A DNA stretch of 64,000 nt from Phoronis australis (GCA_002633005.1 NMRA01000011.1:175451-239450), one strand, 5' to 3'; positions 26,017 through 38,670 are shown, counted from the stretch's first letter. Notes: generated from the sequence alone by a model not told the origin. Program-made: numbers and translations.

Positions 26017-26272
26017 AGTCGTGTTCACACTACGAGTTTACCTAGCAACTTGCGTTAGAGTATCTTGTCCTCGTTCATCGTAGGGTTCGCACTTCATACA
26101 CTAACCATGCCACAGATATATCGCAAAATTATTAGACATCCCTATGGGTGTCATGAGAGCAAGGGCCAAGATACCCTACTTCGATGAAGTTGGGTAAGTT
26201 GTCACAAGTGTGTCAAGTTGCCCCAACTTCAAGTAGCGTCCACGCTACTTCTAACCTTAGTGAGAACTCGTT
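26017..26272. mobile_element. Degenerate MITE
   Basis: Imperfect TIRs CGTGTTCACACTA ... TAGTGAGAACTCG. Confidence 0.45.
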
Positions 26273-26298
26273 TCAAGGGTTTGTTTATTCTAGGTTAA

Positions 26299-28255
26299 GG
26301 TAGGTGTATACACTGATCAAATCTCCAGGTTCCTAACTAAAATGAATAAAAAGGGAGTTTTAACTAGTTAGACATGACTCTGAAAGCGGCAAAAATCGAA
26401 AAAAAACGTTTTTTTGTAGTTCGTTTTTTTAAAAAATCGTATTTTTTAATTTTCAACAAATCCAATTTTACCTCGAATTTTTTTTCAAAATGCACAGGGA
26501 TCATCATCAACTATTTCCTTACGCAATTTTCTACTTATCCATACCAAATATATGTACAAAATTATTATGATCTTGATTTTGTGACATTTTTTGCGTGTGA
26601 GTTGGGGCAAGCACGCCACTTTTTGTCATTTGGTCACTTTCCGTCTAATAACTAAAAAGTCTGGGCCATTAATCAAAAAACCCTGGCACGCGATTTTACT
26701 TCAGTCCAAGAGGATTTCAAATTTGCAACTTTCGTTAAAATTGACCCACATGTTGTGGAAAAATAGGCCCGAGAATCGTGTCACTATCCTGAAATCACGA
26801 GCCGAGAAAAACGGCTTTGAAGTTAAGCGGTCACTCGATTGCCTCTTGAGATCAAATTTCGTTCAGAATGCGTGGTCATTATGTTCCAATTTTTGTTGAA
26901 GTACTAGAAATAAAGCTGATATTTACTTCATATTTAGAAAATGTGACATACCTGTTTGTTTACAGGGTAATTTTAATCCTTTTTTCGAACTTGTGATGCA
27001 CGACAGACGACCAAAACAAATATGACTGTCACGTGGGCGGAGCTTAGCGTTGATCTATTGTCTGCTGTACAGGTGTGCCGACCAACATGTGTTGATTGTT
27101 TATACGATTCATCTGAACTCTCCACTCAGTTTGTAAAAGACACTCTAACTATATTACACAGACCTATTTGTTAGTATTCCAATATTATCATCAACCAATA
27201 TATTTGCTAGATCAAATCGCCGCGTTACTGCCTACATAACAATATTGGCGACGAGGATAAAGAACTACTTTCATAGTAATGGTTCAACATTTTTACGTGG
27301 CTGTACCGAATGGACTTTGGGATAAGAAAATATCACTTTCTGCGCAAGTAGCGCCGCTTGGGTGAGATTCTCAAGTTACTAAAGTTTCTTATATCGCTTT
27401 CCTCTAAAATCGTATAATATCATGAGTTTTAATTCAGGGTTACTTTTGAATCTATGCACTACAAAAATTTTTGTTATGTTGAACACTGGGTCATTTCTCT
27501 AATTCTTTGGGTTACGGCCAGTGGCAAGTTAAAAATCCTCTGGGTTTGAAAGCCTTGTTTCTCCACGGCACGTTCCCAGCACAGAAGCACGGTTTATCTG
27601 CGAAGACTCTACTCTGACGGCATGTAGTTGTCCATGTGTCGCGCGCGCGGCTTGTCTTCACAGCGCGTGCATGCACTCTCACCGAATCGTGCAACACCAC
27701 CCACGTTGACACTCAACGTTCTCTCGCAAGACAACTGACCTCATATTACCGACTTCTCTTATACATGCACAATTTCTGCACGGACTCCTCAAGCTGAGTG
27801 CAGTGATGGCTTCGGTAGGGCTTGGCGTACTCAACTTAATTCTTTTGCAGATAGACAAACAGGCTCAGGCTCGGAACAGGAGCTAGTTCACCATTTCACT
27901 ACTAACTTCCACATGGTCAAAAATAGAATTGTTTTATTCTTGGTCTTGCTACAACACCAATATCAGCTGGTACATCACTCTCGATTGCCCGGTTACGTAA
28001 TGCTTGTTGACAGGGTTAGATTAGAGCTAGTGTGCTTGTATATAAGCTCCGCCCCAGTTGTCAATCACTGAGCTGGTGAGCACTCAAGCCGTATTACTTA
28101 CTGAGGCTTGGTCAAATACAGCTAAAAAAACAACTTTGGATTTTCAGAATGGTTTTATTTTTCTTCAGTATACTGTGCATCAAGAATCAAAGATTAGGAT
28201 GATATGAAAATGTAAAAAACAGTCAAAATTAATTTTTTTTGTGTATCCACCTACC
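26299..28255. mobile_element. Non-autonomous Kolobok-type DNA transposon
   Basis: TTAA on both sides and TIR GGTAGGTGTATACAC / GTGTATCCACCTACC. A purine start with TTAA TSD is typical of Kolobok. Homologous to 54656-56535. Confidence 0.85.
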
Positions 28256-28679
28256 TTAACTCGTAGTGAGTACGGCACTTTACACCCGTTGACTGATTCA
28301 ATAGCTTGCTCACTATTGACTAATGCTGTAACTGCTGATTGTGTAACTGCTGACCACGTAATCCTTGTAGTGTCTTGGAGCATTTCGTCATATCAAGTAC
28401 ATTCAAGAACATCCTAGAATCTTCCCAATATGTTAGGCCCTTGAACCATGGTTCTGCACGTATATCAGGCACAAATATGCTAGAAACTACTAGAGTGTTC
28501 TGCAGTGTTCGTGGCAGGTAATTAATCATTGGCCAGGCACACATGGAACTGGGACGTTTCAATCAAGTGCTAAATGTTACTAGTAACAACCATGAAAAAC
28601 TTCAAGAACTACAATCAGTACCAATATTCTGCTCAACATTGTCTTCCAAAAACCTCTTTTAGGTGGCGATGTACTAACA

Positions 28680-29195
28680 TCTTTTCTGAAATTTATTGGC
28701 CAAAATACACCAACCTCTTTTTTCATTGGCATGATATTTCGGTAGGTCATTTCTCCGACCATCTTCTGGTGTTACAACCTTCTGAGGAGAACGAGCATGG
28801 GTATTTGCTGGTCAGTGATGAGAGCTTTTTCGTTTTTCTTGGCGGAAGCTGTGCTTGAACTAAGGACTTTTAGATTTTCAATCCAGTATTGTAACCACAA
28901 CACTACACAATTATCCATCAACTTTCAGGGAAGTTTGCTATACATGTACTTCTATCCCTTAGTAGTGGTAGCCACATGTCACTTGTCTGCTTGTTCAAGC
29001 CTAGTTCAAGCCCAGTTGCCGCCAAGATGAGGAAAAACTTGCATGTCATTGACCATCACGAGTGTACCATATACCCGTGCTTGTTCTATGAACGCTGTTA
29101 CAACTGATTATGGTCGGACAATGACCGACCCAAAAGTCATGCCAATGAAAATAGGTTAGAGGTTGGTGTAAATGGACCAATAAATTTTAGACATG
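28680..29195. repeat. Diverged inverted repeat (arms about 28680-28862 and 29002-29195)
   Basis: TAGTTCAAGC.CAG.T.CCGCCAAGA...TCATGCCAATGAAA...GAGGTTGGTGTA...CCAATAAATTT occurs on opposite strands. Confidence 0.75.
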
Positions 29196-30149
29196 ATATT
29201 GTAATATTTATTTTAAAACAGGTAATTGAAATCTTACGTAATTTGCTGGGTCATTATCTCGCCAGACCAACGGCGGGTTTGTTCATAAAATATTTTATCA
29301 GTCAGCGAAATGCCAATATCCATTACATAATGACAACACGTTTTCTGTTTTGTTAAGGGTAATGACGACCGAGAAAAAGGTCCAATGAGAACAGTTTTCG
29401 AATTCTGTCATGCCTTTCTCGCTATTTTAAGTGGCAAAATAGTCGTGTACCAAATTTCCTGCAGTGTTTCCTAAGAAGAAGTACAAAAATAGACATTATC
29501 TTTGTTGGTGGGTCTTTATTTTCTCTGGACATACCCCGATATTATTACAATTGCATTACTCGCCCACACAATTCTGAGTGGCACACAAAGCAACATTCCT
29601 TTATTTATAATACTCGTTTCTCACTTGTTGCTTTATTGATGTTACTATTACCTCTTGTTTAAAAAAAAACATTGCAGGTGTCCCTCTTATGTAAAAACAG
29701 TTATTAGGCTCTTCCAGAGAGAGGTTGCTGATGTCCGTAGCCTAGGTGGCCATATTCATCTGCTACGGATGTTTAGCATTTGAGCCACAGATAGCGTCCA
29801 CAACCACCATGACTGGTTCCTCTTATTTGGTCATATCACTTAATTTTCTGTGACGGGACGTTAGTAATTGCACGCTTATTGTTTTTCTTATTGAGTAATA
29901 ATTGTTCAGTTATTCCTACGCTAATTTCTTTGTTGCGTCTCAGTGCGCCTTTGTTACATGTACGTGGTCATGCGGGCGCGACTCTATGTGTCAGGCACTT
30001 CGCTAGCGACAGGCTTCGGAGAAGGCTGTGTCCTTCCTTTGCCTATATGGATTTGAGAGTTATAATGTGTAACTGATCTGAAATATATGCGTGACGAGGT
30101 GAAATACACATTTTTGGTGTTCTCTGGAGACTTGCTCTGTTACATTTCC

Positions 30150-30700
30150 AACCAGAAAGATCAGTACTTCCCCAGAGCAAGTTTGAGCATCTCACTTTCA
30201 TTTCCGGCTAAGCACGGTAGGAGCCACCGATTCCCCGGAACAAATGTCCACAGCAGAAATTGCTTCCACACACTGTGTGTAGAATCCCTAAAATTGGAGT
30301 AAAAGACGACAAACGTCAAGACAAATGCTCGTATCTGAGAGGCCACATTCCTCTGCCCTTTGTGTTTGATATTTCGTCCAAGTTGCTGTCCACCGATAGC
30401 GCCTACAACCACCACTGTTTCATTTGTCTGGTCATCTACTCAGAAGGATCAGTGATTGCCCGTAGCACGTCTGGTCATCTCACTTTCAGCTCTGTCCTGA
30501 TACCATAGAGTCCAGTGATTCTCCAGAAAAAATGTCCACATCAGAAGTTGCTTCCACACACTGTGTAAGCAATCCCTATAATGAAGGTAAAAGGCGACCA
30601 ACGCCCGTAGCCGAGAAAGCCACAGATTCATCCACGAAAACACCAGAACTGTCATTTTTTAGGTTTCCTAATGATCCCAAAAGGCAAAGATTATTTGTTA
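30150..30700 (+). pseudogene. Two diverged direct repeats ending in a THAP-like motif
   Basis: About 30150-30315 resembles about 30440-30605. In one frame: QV*ASHF / HVWSSHF and TPELSFFRFPNDPKRQR. Confidence 0.5.
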
Positions 30701-31029
30701 TTCACTAATAGGATAAATTGTCTTTCATTTTGTGTGTCAAAATGTCAACATGCAACTCGCAGAGATAATTTAAAAAACATACCCATGGCCATGGGTCAAT
30801 GACACCGGTGACGGGCGCAGTCACAGCAACAGGGCCTAAAATCTGTGAGCCAAATTAGAGAATCTGTGGATTTCGGTGAAAAAATCAACATACTTTTAAG
30901 GTGCTCATTGGCCAAGTTATGTAACCACAGTGTATCAATGAAATTTCGATTCCCCAAAGATGCATAGCGCGGCCATACAAATTATCCCTGGATAGACACT
31001 TGTAATGAAAAGTTGGAGAATGCCAAGGA

Positions 31030-31130
31030 TGCCCTGACATAACCACAGGGTCATGGCCACCGGTCATTACAAAATACCCAGGATAACCTGACATAACCAC
31101 GGGGTCACGGCCACCGGTCAGTGCAAAAAA
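31030..31130. repeat. Two-copy tandem repeat, period about 54 bp
   Basis: CCTGACATAACCACRGGGTCAYGGCCACCGGTCA occurs twice. Confidence 0.8.
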
Positions 31131-31838
31131 TCCTTAGGGACACGCTCAAAACGAGGGGCAAATCTTATCACCACCTGAGCACATGCTGTCAGTGGTCAGG
31201 GGATCGATCTAGCAACCGACATTTGTGACGATGGGAGGTGGCTCAACACCCATGTGGTACACCCCTGGATTTTAACCTTTTTGCCTTCCCCAATGCACCC
31301 CCTGGGAGGGGGTCAACACCCAGTTGGCGCCCACCTAGTTCACTTGTTTTGCACTCCTCCCATGTACCCCTACTGCTGGCAACTGGAGGCAACTGCCTCA
31401 TGCACTCTAAAGAGAAATCACTAAAATAATGTAATCCATGGAGGTTTCAAACATAGATAAGAACGGTAATTTGTCTCATAAAAACTCAAACATGAACCGA
31501 AACCACGGCTTTTGAAGGAAGCTTCAAGAGAATGAAAGCAGAAATCTTACTGTCCATAACACTTTATTATTGATTAAAACACACACCTTCATTCTCATTT
31601 GATTATTAGCGAATGTCCGTATACGTATTTTACTCATTTTCAATCACACAGTAATTTTATTGCACGACGAGTGTCTTTAAATTATGAATTTATCAGTGTT
31701 TTTATGGTTTGGACTCCCACCGCTAAGTTAGTTTGGCTTATTTGCCGCCTGGGGCACTAGTCTTTAGACCGATAATCCTTCCGGCAAATGACGACATGGC
31801 GGAGTGGGACCTCCAATTGTACCCCACTCCTTGATTCT

Positions 31839-32997
31839 AGCAGAATGGTGAATGTTGACCAAGGTGGCATTGAACAGTTAGGCAGCGGCCGCGGCCAATT
31901 TGCAATTCCAAAATATTATAGTCTAGGGGTAGGACAGGCTTGGGGGCATTTTTAGTTAGGTACTGCATGAAAGCCAAATGAATGTGGTTTGTCTGTATTT
32001 GTGAACTCGTTGAGAATGAAAAAAAGACAACTTGCTCGGATGTAGATGCATTCTTCTTCAAGATGGCGGCCACCTGTTGCAATTGTGCATTGTTGGGTAG
32101 CGACTGAGAAATTGGCCGCGATTTCAGGTAGCTCTCAAACAAGCCAGATTTGGAAAAAAATAGTTGGTTAACAGTACTTTTGGACCACATTTTTGGAATC
32201 GGTAGGAAATTTGCTTACGGAATCTAATGTTGGCTTTAGTCCACCATTGGCAGGGAAGTGTTGGTGTTTTGGGGTGAAAAGTGCCGATTTTGCGTTTTTC
32301 GCCATATTTTTCCTAGTCAAGTTTGGTTTTCAGTAGGAGTGAAAGGGTCAAAAATACCAGAGCGAATAAAGTTTCAGTGCTCATCTGTAGGGCTTGTGAT
32401 GTGAAATGACTCAAAACTTTTCTTTCTTTGCACGCGATTTTTGACAGCTAGATTGGAGAAAGGGTGATGAGTCCACTGACGTGTGTTCTGATAGGCAATA
32501 CTCTGTGAGAACTGTTCTGTGCCCCCCAAGACCCTTTTGTACCACTGACGTGACTTGAATGCTAGTGCCCCTATAGTTGGTCAACGAACGGAGTCCATGT
32601 ACCAGTGAGGGGAAAGCCTAGTGGGAATTGAGCCTGACAGGCGAACCTATTTGTATTGTAGGACGTTGAGTCATTGTTTTTGTAGAAACGTAATGTCTGA
32701 CAAAAGAATGATATTAACTTCATGTAGATCATTGTAAATGTCATATTAATGGTTATCCGTCACTAGTTAGGAGTTCACTATGTAACATATCAGAAATTAA
32801 ATACATTCTTAGTTCTGAACTTTTGAGGATTGACGAAAGTCACAATAAAGATCTTCAGTTGTTACTTCACGTCCATTAATAGGGTAAATCAGTGGTTAAC
32901 TCGGTTCGCGTATTCTCATTATCTCCACCGGGGGGCGCTAGCATGCGTGTGACGTCAGATGTACAAAAGGGTCTTGGTCAACATTCACCATTCTGCT
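31839..32997. mobile_element. TIR element whose left TIR is split by a nested insertion
   Basis: The reverse complement of 32950-32997 matches 31839-31863 joined to 32531-32554. Confidence 0.8.
31864..32525. mobile_element. Nested non-autonomous DNA transposon
   Basis: TIRs GTGGCATTGAACAGTT / AACTGTTCTGTGCCCC. Flanked by a duplicated CCAAG (or CAA if each end extends by 1 bp). Confidence 0.75.
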
Positions 32998-33435
32998 TGA
33001 TTTTACCGCTTGAGCGCAATGAAAGCTCATGAAACCAGAAACGTAGACAATCATCAAACTACACAAACACGCCCAACGAATTCATTGAACACGGTTAATG
33101 GCAGATTTTGTTTTTGCTCCCTAGTTTGCATCTAATAGTACCCGGTGGCTTTGTTTTGCAATCAAAATTTTGAAGGAAATAATTTGGAATGTGTTATCTT
33201 CGCAGTTGTTCCAAGGCATTCCTGATTCATGATAGAATAAACCTGTGTTCAATTCAGAAGGCCGCCAAATTTGCGCAGTAACAAATTATAGGAATTTGCA
33301 GTAGAATATAGACATTCCAAAAATACACAACACACAATGCTATTTTGAATGTCTTGAGCCTTTCCCCTGAGGTCGTATGCAATTTATTCCATTCAACTGT
33401 CCGCGTTAATAAAGACACTCAGCAGGTGCAACCTG

Positions 33436-33836
33436 GGCTCGGTCTCTAATCTTTGTACTCGAAACGAACTCGAAAATATTTTTGGCAATTTCTCTGCTCC
33501 TTTTGTGCGAACTTAAGATAATTGGTTATCAAACTGTGCTCGAATACATTATAGTTTATGCATAGGAATTTCTAGTTCAAGTTTGCCCTTGAAGACCCTT
33601 ATATTCGTGCTACAAACTCGAGTAAAAACTCGAAATTTCGAGTTCAAACTCGAACTTATTGCTTTAATATTGGGTTTACAAACTGTGAACTAAGGGCAAT
33701 AAATTATCTACGTAAGTTATTGTGTACTTGAGCATAGAATAATAGACACTTATCTTGAGTTCGCCCAAAAGTAGAGTAGAAAATGCCAAACCTAATTTCG
33801 AGTTCCATTTTGAGTAAAAAGATTGGAGACCGGGCC
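33436..33836. mobile_element. Complete Harbinger-like MITE (401 bp)
   Basis: TIR GGCTCGGTCTCTAATCTTTGTACTC / GAGTAAAAAGATTGGAGACCGGGCC, CTG target duplication, second copy at 1-163. Confidence 0.85.
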
Positions 33837-33879
33837 CTGGTCAGATGTGATTGTCAAAAATACACAACTGTAGCTAACT

Positions 33880-34180
33880 ACACGAAGCGACCCCTTTAGT
33901 GGTGGAAAGAATACGTATTATCGTGGGCTTCATTGGACATTGTGAGTACTGAAGGTTTGGTTTTGAATTGCAAAAACTTAGGCCGACTTGTGCTTCACGA
34001 CGTATCTTACTGTCCTGGAGTGTCTCAAAATATAGTACCGGGTGCTTGGGAAAACAGTAACTGTCAGGTGATGAAAGCCGTCAGCAATATACACAGTATA
34101 CGGACATACTGTCTAAGCATGTTTTACACAATTCTTTCACCCCTTGTCATTTTATTTAAACAGTATTTTATCTAAATGTT
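33880..34180 (+). pseudogene. Decayed vWA domain
   Basis: IIVGF-LDIVS, CKNLGRLVLHDVSYCPG, NSNCQVMKAVSNIHSIRTY. Confidence 0.5.
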
Positions 34181-34274
34181 CTCGTAATTTGAGAGAAATG
34201 ACGTCAAAAGTAAACTAATCAGATTTAGTCATTTTCGTTACACATGCTGACCTAGATTTACTTGCATAAGCCCG

Positions 34275-34590
34275 ATGCTGGAAACGAGATTAGTCGTCAA
34301 AGTTTTCATAAAGGGAACTGTTCTTTTAACTGAATATTTCTTGCCCCTGAGAATGCTTGTGAATGTTGCTCGAACAAACCAGATCATGGTTGTTGACCCG
34401 TGTGTGCTTCGTAACAAATGTCAGGACAGAACATTCCAAAATAAGACCCTTGCTTTCAAAACTTCGAGCCACGCCTGCACGTGTGGAAGATGTTTCATCG
34501 AAATCGGGACCTAGGTGTAAGACATATCTCCTGGAGTCGAAAACAGACTCTCGCACCTGCAAAACAGCTAACCAGCTCGAAAAAGACTAA
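34275..34590 (+). pseudogene. Decayed vWA domain
   Basis: VVKVFIKGTV, TRVCFVTNVRTEH, SGPRCKTYLLESKTD...KTANQLEKD. Confidence 0.7.
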
Positions 34591-36755
34591 CCCCGACATT
34601 CAATCCAGGAACCCCGGGATCGGACAGGACTCCAGGGAACCAAACCACTACTCCCGCATTTTCTGTCAGAATGAGTTGAGTTCAAAAATTCCGATACCAA
34701 ATTCCGTTTCAATAATCTATGAGGAGTTGAAGTACAGTTTTTTGAGGGAAAGGACAGTGAAATTGAGGATGGTGCAGGTCTTTAGAATGAATAATTCTCG
34801 CTGTCTATTTCAAAATCCGGAAATTGATTGTACCGGAACTAATGTACTCTCCACAATTAAATCGACAATCCCTAAAATGTGGCCAATTGTAAAGATATTT
34901 AAAGGAATTAATCAACAATAGCACTGGGATGTCGAATATTTTTTGTTTTTAATTTTTGAAAATATTTTTGGAAAAAATATTGAATAATCTGACTCGTCGA
35001 GATAAGAACGTGTTGAGAGTACATGTGCGTGTATAGAAAATGTTGACAAATTTATCGATAAAGTAAAATAACGAAGTCAATATAACAAAACTCACGTTTT
35101 AGCATTGACAGTTTTAAGAAATAAATGCAGAAAACAACCGATTCGGTTTCTGTATTCATTTCGTATTTGGTTATCATATCAGTCGCCCAGCGAGTAGTGT
35201 GTAGTGCTTGTGGTCTAACAATGAACTGTTGACCTACTTTAAAGTGGTTCACAATCCACCAGCTTGCCCCACTTAACATGGTGGCTCCGCCCGTGTCAAA
35301 GCATTAGAGATCGCCTTGGATTAGATTAAATGTTTTTGTGATAATTAAGTTCAATTACGCACTGCAAACTCAGATGACATTGCGCGTAAATATTGAAATA
35401 ATGAACGTGGCTAAAGAGTGTATAGGTTTTATTGACCAAAAACAAGTTTTCACAGAGTAATTATCCGGAGTCCTTGAGATTTTCACGTCTCGCCACATAA
35501 CAGACTTGTTCTCGGCTTCGGTAAATCGACTGAATTTAAACGTAGGAACACAAGTTCTCAAAACCGGCTTGGCGGATTTCGCTGAAATTTACAAACATAA
35601 TATTCATTCATCAATCCCAAAAAACACTGTCAGATTTTTTTATTATAACGGCCTAGTTTTTGCGTAATGTAACAAAGACGAATGCGACTTCTATTTTTTA
35701 CCAAAATAACTAACGTTTTTCGAGTTGATTTGTCATGTGTATCAAACGAAAACACTAATCGAAAATTCCTAGCAGCGTTTTTTCGGGTAAATGGTGAAGT
35801 TTTCATTTAAAAAATGTTACATTAAAATCGACACAGGGACTATTTTTCTATGGATGAACCTTTTAAACATGGAATTTTGACTTTACGATGTGTTCACGTA
35901 ATAATAATGACACATAAATATAGGACATAACTTTATATTCTCTTATCTTTTCTTCAGAACTGAAATGTATACTTTTGCTAGTTGCCAAAGCCTAGTTTTT
36001 CATATACGAGTTAGAATTGAGGCCGCTAAATAAGGTTTGACATAACCTTAAAGCAAGATTACACAGCTTACAAAAATTTATGTGTTCGGGAGATAAGGAC
36101 TCTTAAAGAATGTGGGTCATTCTGTTTATGTTCGTGAATCTTTATGCTTCACCATTTTGATTTTTTCAACGAACACGACTATTTTTAATCGTCTAAATTA
36201 ACGTTGACAAAAATAAGTGGTTTTTCGATTAAGGCTATCAAATACTCATTATAAAGAGCGCCTAGTGACCTAGATTTCCCAGAATGCGAGAAACTAAATA
36301 AATGCCGCCAGCCGTCGAGCTCTCAGTGCATTTAGCTCGTGTACTTGGCGGTAAATGTCCTCTCAATAACGTTTAATTCTGCACTTCTCTAATGATCGTT
36401 ATAACACGCATACAGCGATCATGTTTCATAAGCAATGGTCGAGCAACGAACACCGGAAAGGTGGGAATGCTAAAAGAACAAGGGCCCGGGAAATGACAGA
36501 GTGAGGCCAAGCTAGAGAAAGACGGAAATTGAAATATCGCTGACCTTGGCCATCGAACGGGTTCGTTATGTACATTGTAAACTTCAGAAACTTGTTGTTT
36601 TTTGTTGATGTTCTTACCTTTCCAGTAAGAAAGCTTGGCAAGTTAGCTCTTCGTTTGAACATGTCCAGTTTATCTAGCGGTGTCCGCAGACACAGACGAG
36701 CTTAGATCGTTCATCTTAGAACTTCATAGTGCTTTAGAACATCACAAACATTTTA

Positions 36756-37233
36756 AGTCTGGGCTGCACGCCACCTATTGGCCACATTACGCAACCTAAT
36801 GAAAATAAGTCTGATCAGTCTGAAAACATTTCTGTCGCGATCGGAACTGGAACCCGGGATCTTCTGCTTACCATGCAGACACTGTTGTCCACTGAGTCAT
36901 CGGGAAAACTTGTCGAACACAGAAATCCAATCAGACTTAGCAATGGGCAACCCACCCATAAACTCGCCCGGGGTATATAAATATATGTAAATCTTGAACC
37001 AATGTCGAAATAAAGTTTTACATCGATAATATTTATAAACGCTCACTAGTTTATGGGTGTGATGGCCAATGGAAAGTCTGATTGGGTTTCTGTATTCGAC
37101 CATTGGTCCTGATGGCTCAGTGAATTAGAGTGTCTGCAAGGTTAGCAGAAGGTCCCGGTCTGGGCAGAAATATTTTCAGGCAATGTTCATTAGGTCGCGT
37201 GATGTGGCCAGCAGCTGGCGTGCAGATCTGACT
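36756..37233. mobile_element. Palindromic element with two divergent tRNA-like heads
   Basis: Arms of about 230 bp are imperfect reverse complements, flanked by TA. Each arm has TGRCTCAGTG...TCTGC-loop-GCAGA and T-arm remnants. Confidence 0.85.
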
Positions 37234-37314
37234 TATAAACGTTTGCAATTTATATTTCCACTCAGGTTCAAGATTTATATGTATTCCACTAAAATTATAA
37301 GGCAACTGTGCATA

Positions 37315-38452
37315 GAATAGCGCACTTGTGAGTTTCCAGTTAGTCAATGTGATGTCACCGGAAGGAGGGCAAAACCCGCCATATTGTTCTTGTTTTGCCC
37401 AGAGTCTTTGCTACACGCGAAATCTCACTGGAGTTCTTAGGTGAATTTAACGATCAAAACGTTAACACGATTTAAGGTATGGTAGATGGATCGTGGAATA
37501 ACTGTGAATGGACGAAGGAAATGTGAACTTGTTATGCTGTGAACGGACAGAAATTGGAACTCGACCCGGTCTAGACCTGAGTGCCGCAGGCATACAGGGA
37601 CGATCCCCATAAAAGTTACTCATTTCAAAACACAGCAAATCAAATCAATTGAAACATGCATATGTGCTCATGGTGTTATAATTAGCACATACACTGACTC
37701 TGTATACAGTCAACAAATAACGTGAACATATTCATGAAAACTTCGCGGTTCGCTCGAGTTTCTCTCTCTGGGCGCCATTTTGAGGAAGTTACATGAAATC
37801 ACGCCTGTTGACGAATAAAAAGTACAAGAGACACAAACCTTACAAATTTCACTTGATATTTTACCATTTTATTTGGCAAGTGTCACGCGCCAGGTCACGC
37901 GCTTCGCTCAGTCTCGCATTAGCCTTTGCCTCATACTCACCTGACTCGGTTGAAATACTTTGTGCTTATCGCGCGCGCAGTCAAAGTTAACAGTAACCAA
38001 AAAGTGGAGTTGAAATTCTTCGCCAAATTCACCTGAATTCCCGTAGCTGTGCTTCATCGAAGATATTTTTAGAAGCAGAAAGGATCACTGAAGAAAGTAA
38101 ACGCATTTTTAGATGATAATTTGAGGTGTAGAATGTATTTTTGACGAGGTGAAAACTTAATCAGTAAGCGGATTTCGCCTACCACCCGCTTAAAATACTA
38201 GGGACGAAATTAGTACAGAACGCGATGGAACTTATTGTAGTGCGAATCGGAATTTCATTTACCATAACAGCAATGATTGTTTGGCATTTTTGCACTAAAA
38301 GATTAAAAAACTCGAAGTTAACAACAGAATACACTCTGCTACTGTATCGGGCAAATGGCCAAACGACAAGCTTTTGTCCCACTTCCGGTGATGTCACAGT
38401 TAAGTCTCACATAATCTCGCGTTATTGTTATAAACTCACAAAAGGACTATTC
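37315..38452. mobile_element. Non-autonomous element with terminal and subterminal inverted repeats
   Basis: GAATAG...TTGTGAGTTT / AAACTCACAA...CTATTC, and GTGATGTCACCGGAAG..GGGCAAAA / TTTTGTCCC.CTTCCGGTGATGTCAC. Confidence 0.6.
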
Positions 38453-38454
38453 GA

Positions 38455-38670
38455 GTTCGTCGATGTCGTGCTTGAAAGCGATCTGCTTATAGCGATCTGC
38501 TTTCGCCACTTCCACTTCTCTTCTTGCAAGGGATTAATGCGAATGCTAAAGGTTAATTTAACCAAATATGTAAAAAACCTTTTTAGTTTTAACTCACTAG
38601 TAACTAGGTTTTGCGACCATGTAGACTTCAGCACAAAAGAAATGTTCATTGGTACCAAGACAAAGGAATG
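38455..38670 (+). pseudogene. Decayed vWA domain (N-terminal half)
   Basis: ESDLLIAI...SS...MLK...KYVKNLFSFNSLVTRFCDHVDFSTK. Confidence 0.65.

Noticed and set aside
30255-30580. RING-like CFHTLC motifs
   Set aside because: The other RING cysteines are absent in both repeats and the frame has several stops.
31839-32997. DIRS-like internal complementary region
   Set aside because: Fully explained by an insertion with its own TIRs and TSD splitting one TIR.
34595-34650. Collagen Gly-X-Y run after vWA units
   Set aside because: Only PGTPGSD.TPG is present, which is too short and interrupted.
403-37210. Functional tRNA genes
   Set aside because: All tRNA-like segments have broken arms or acceptor stems and sit in repeats.
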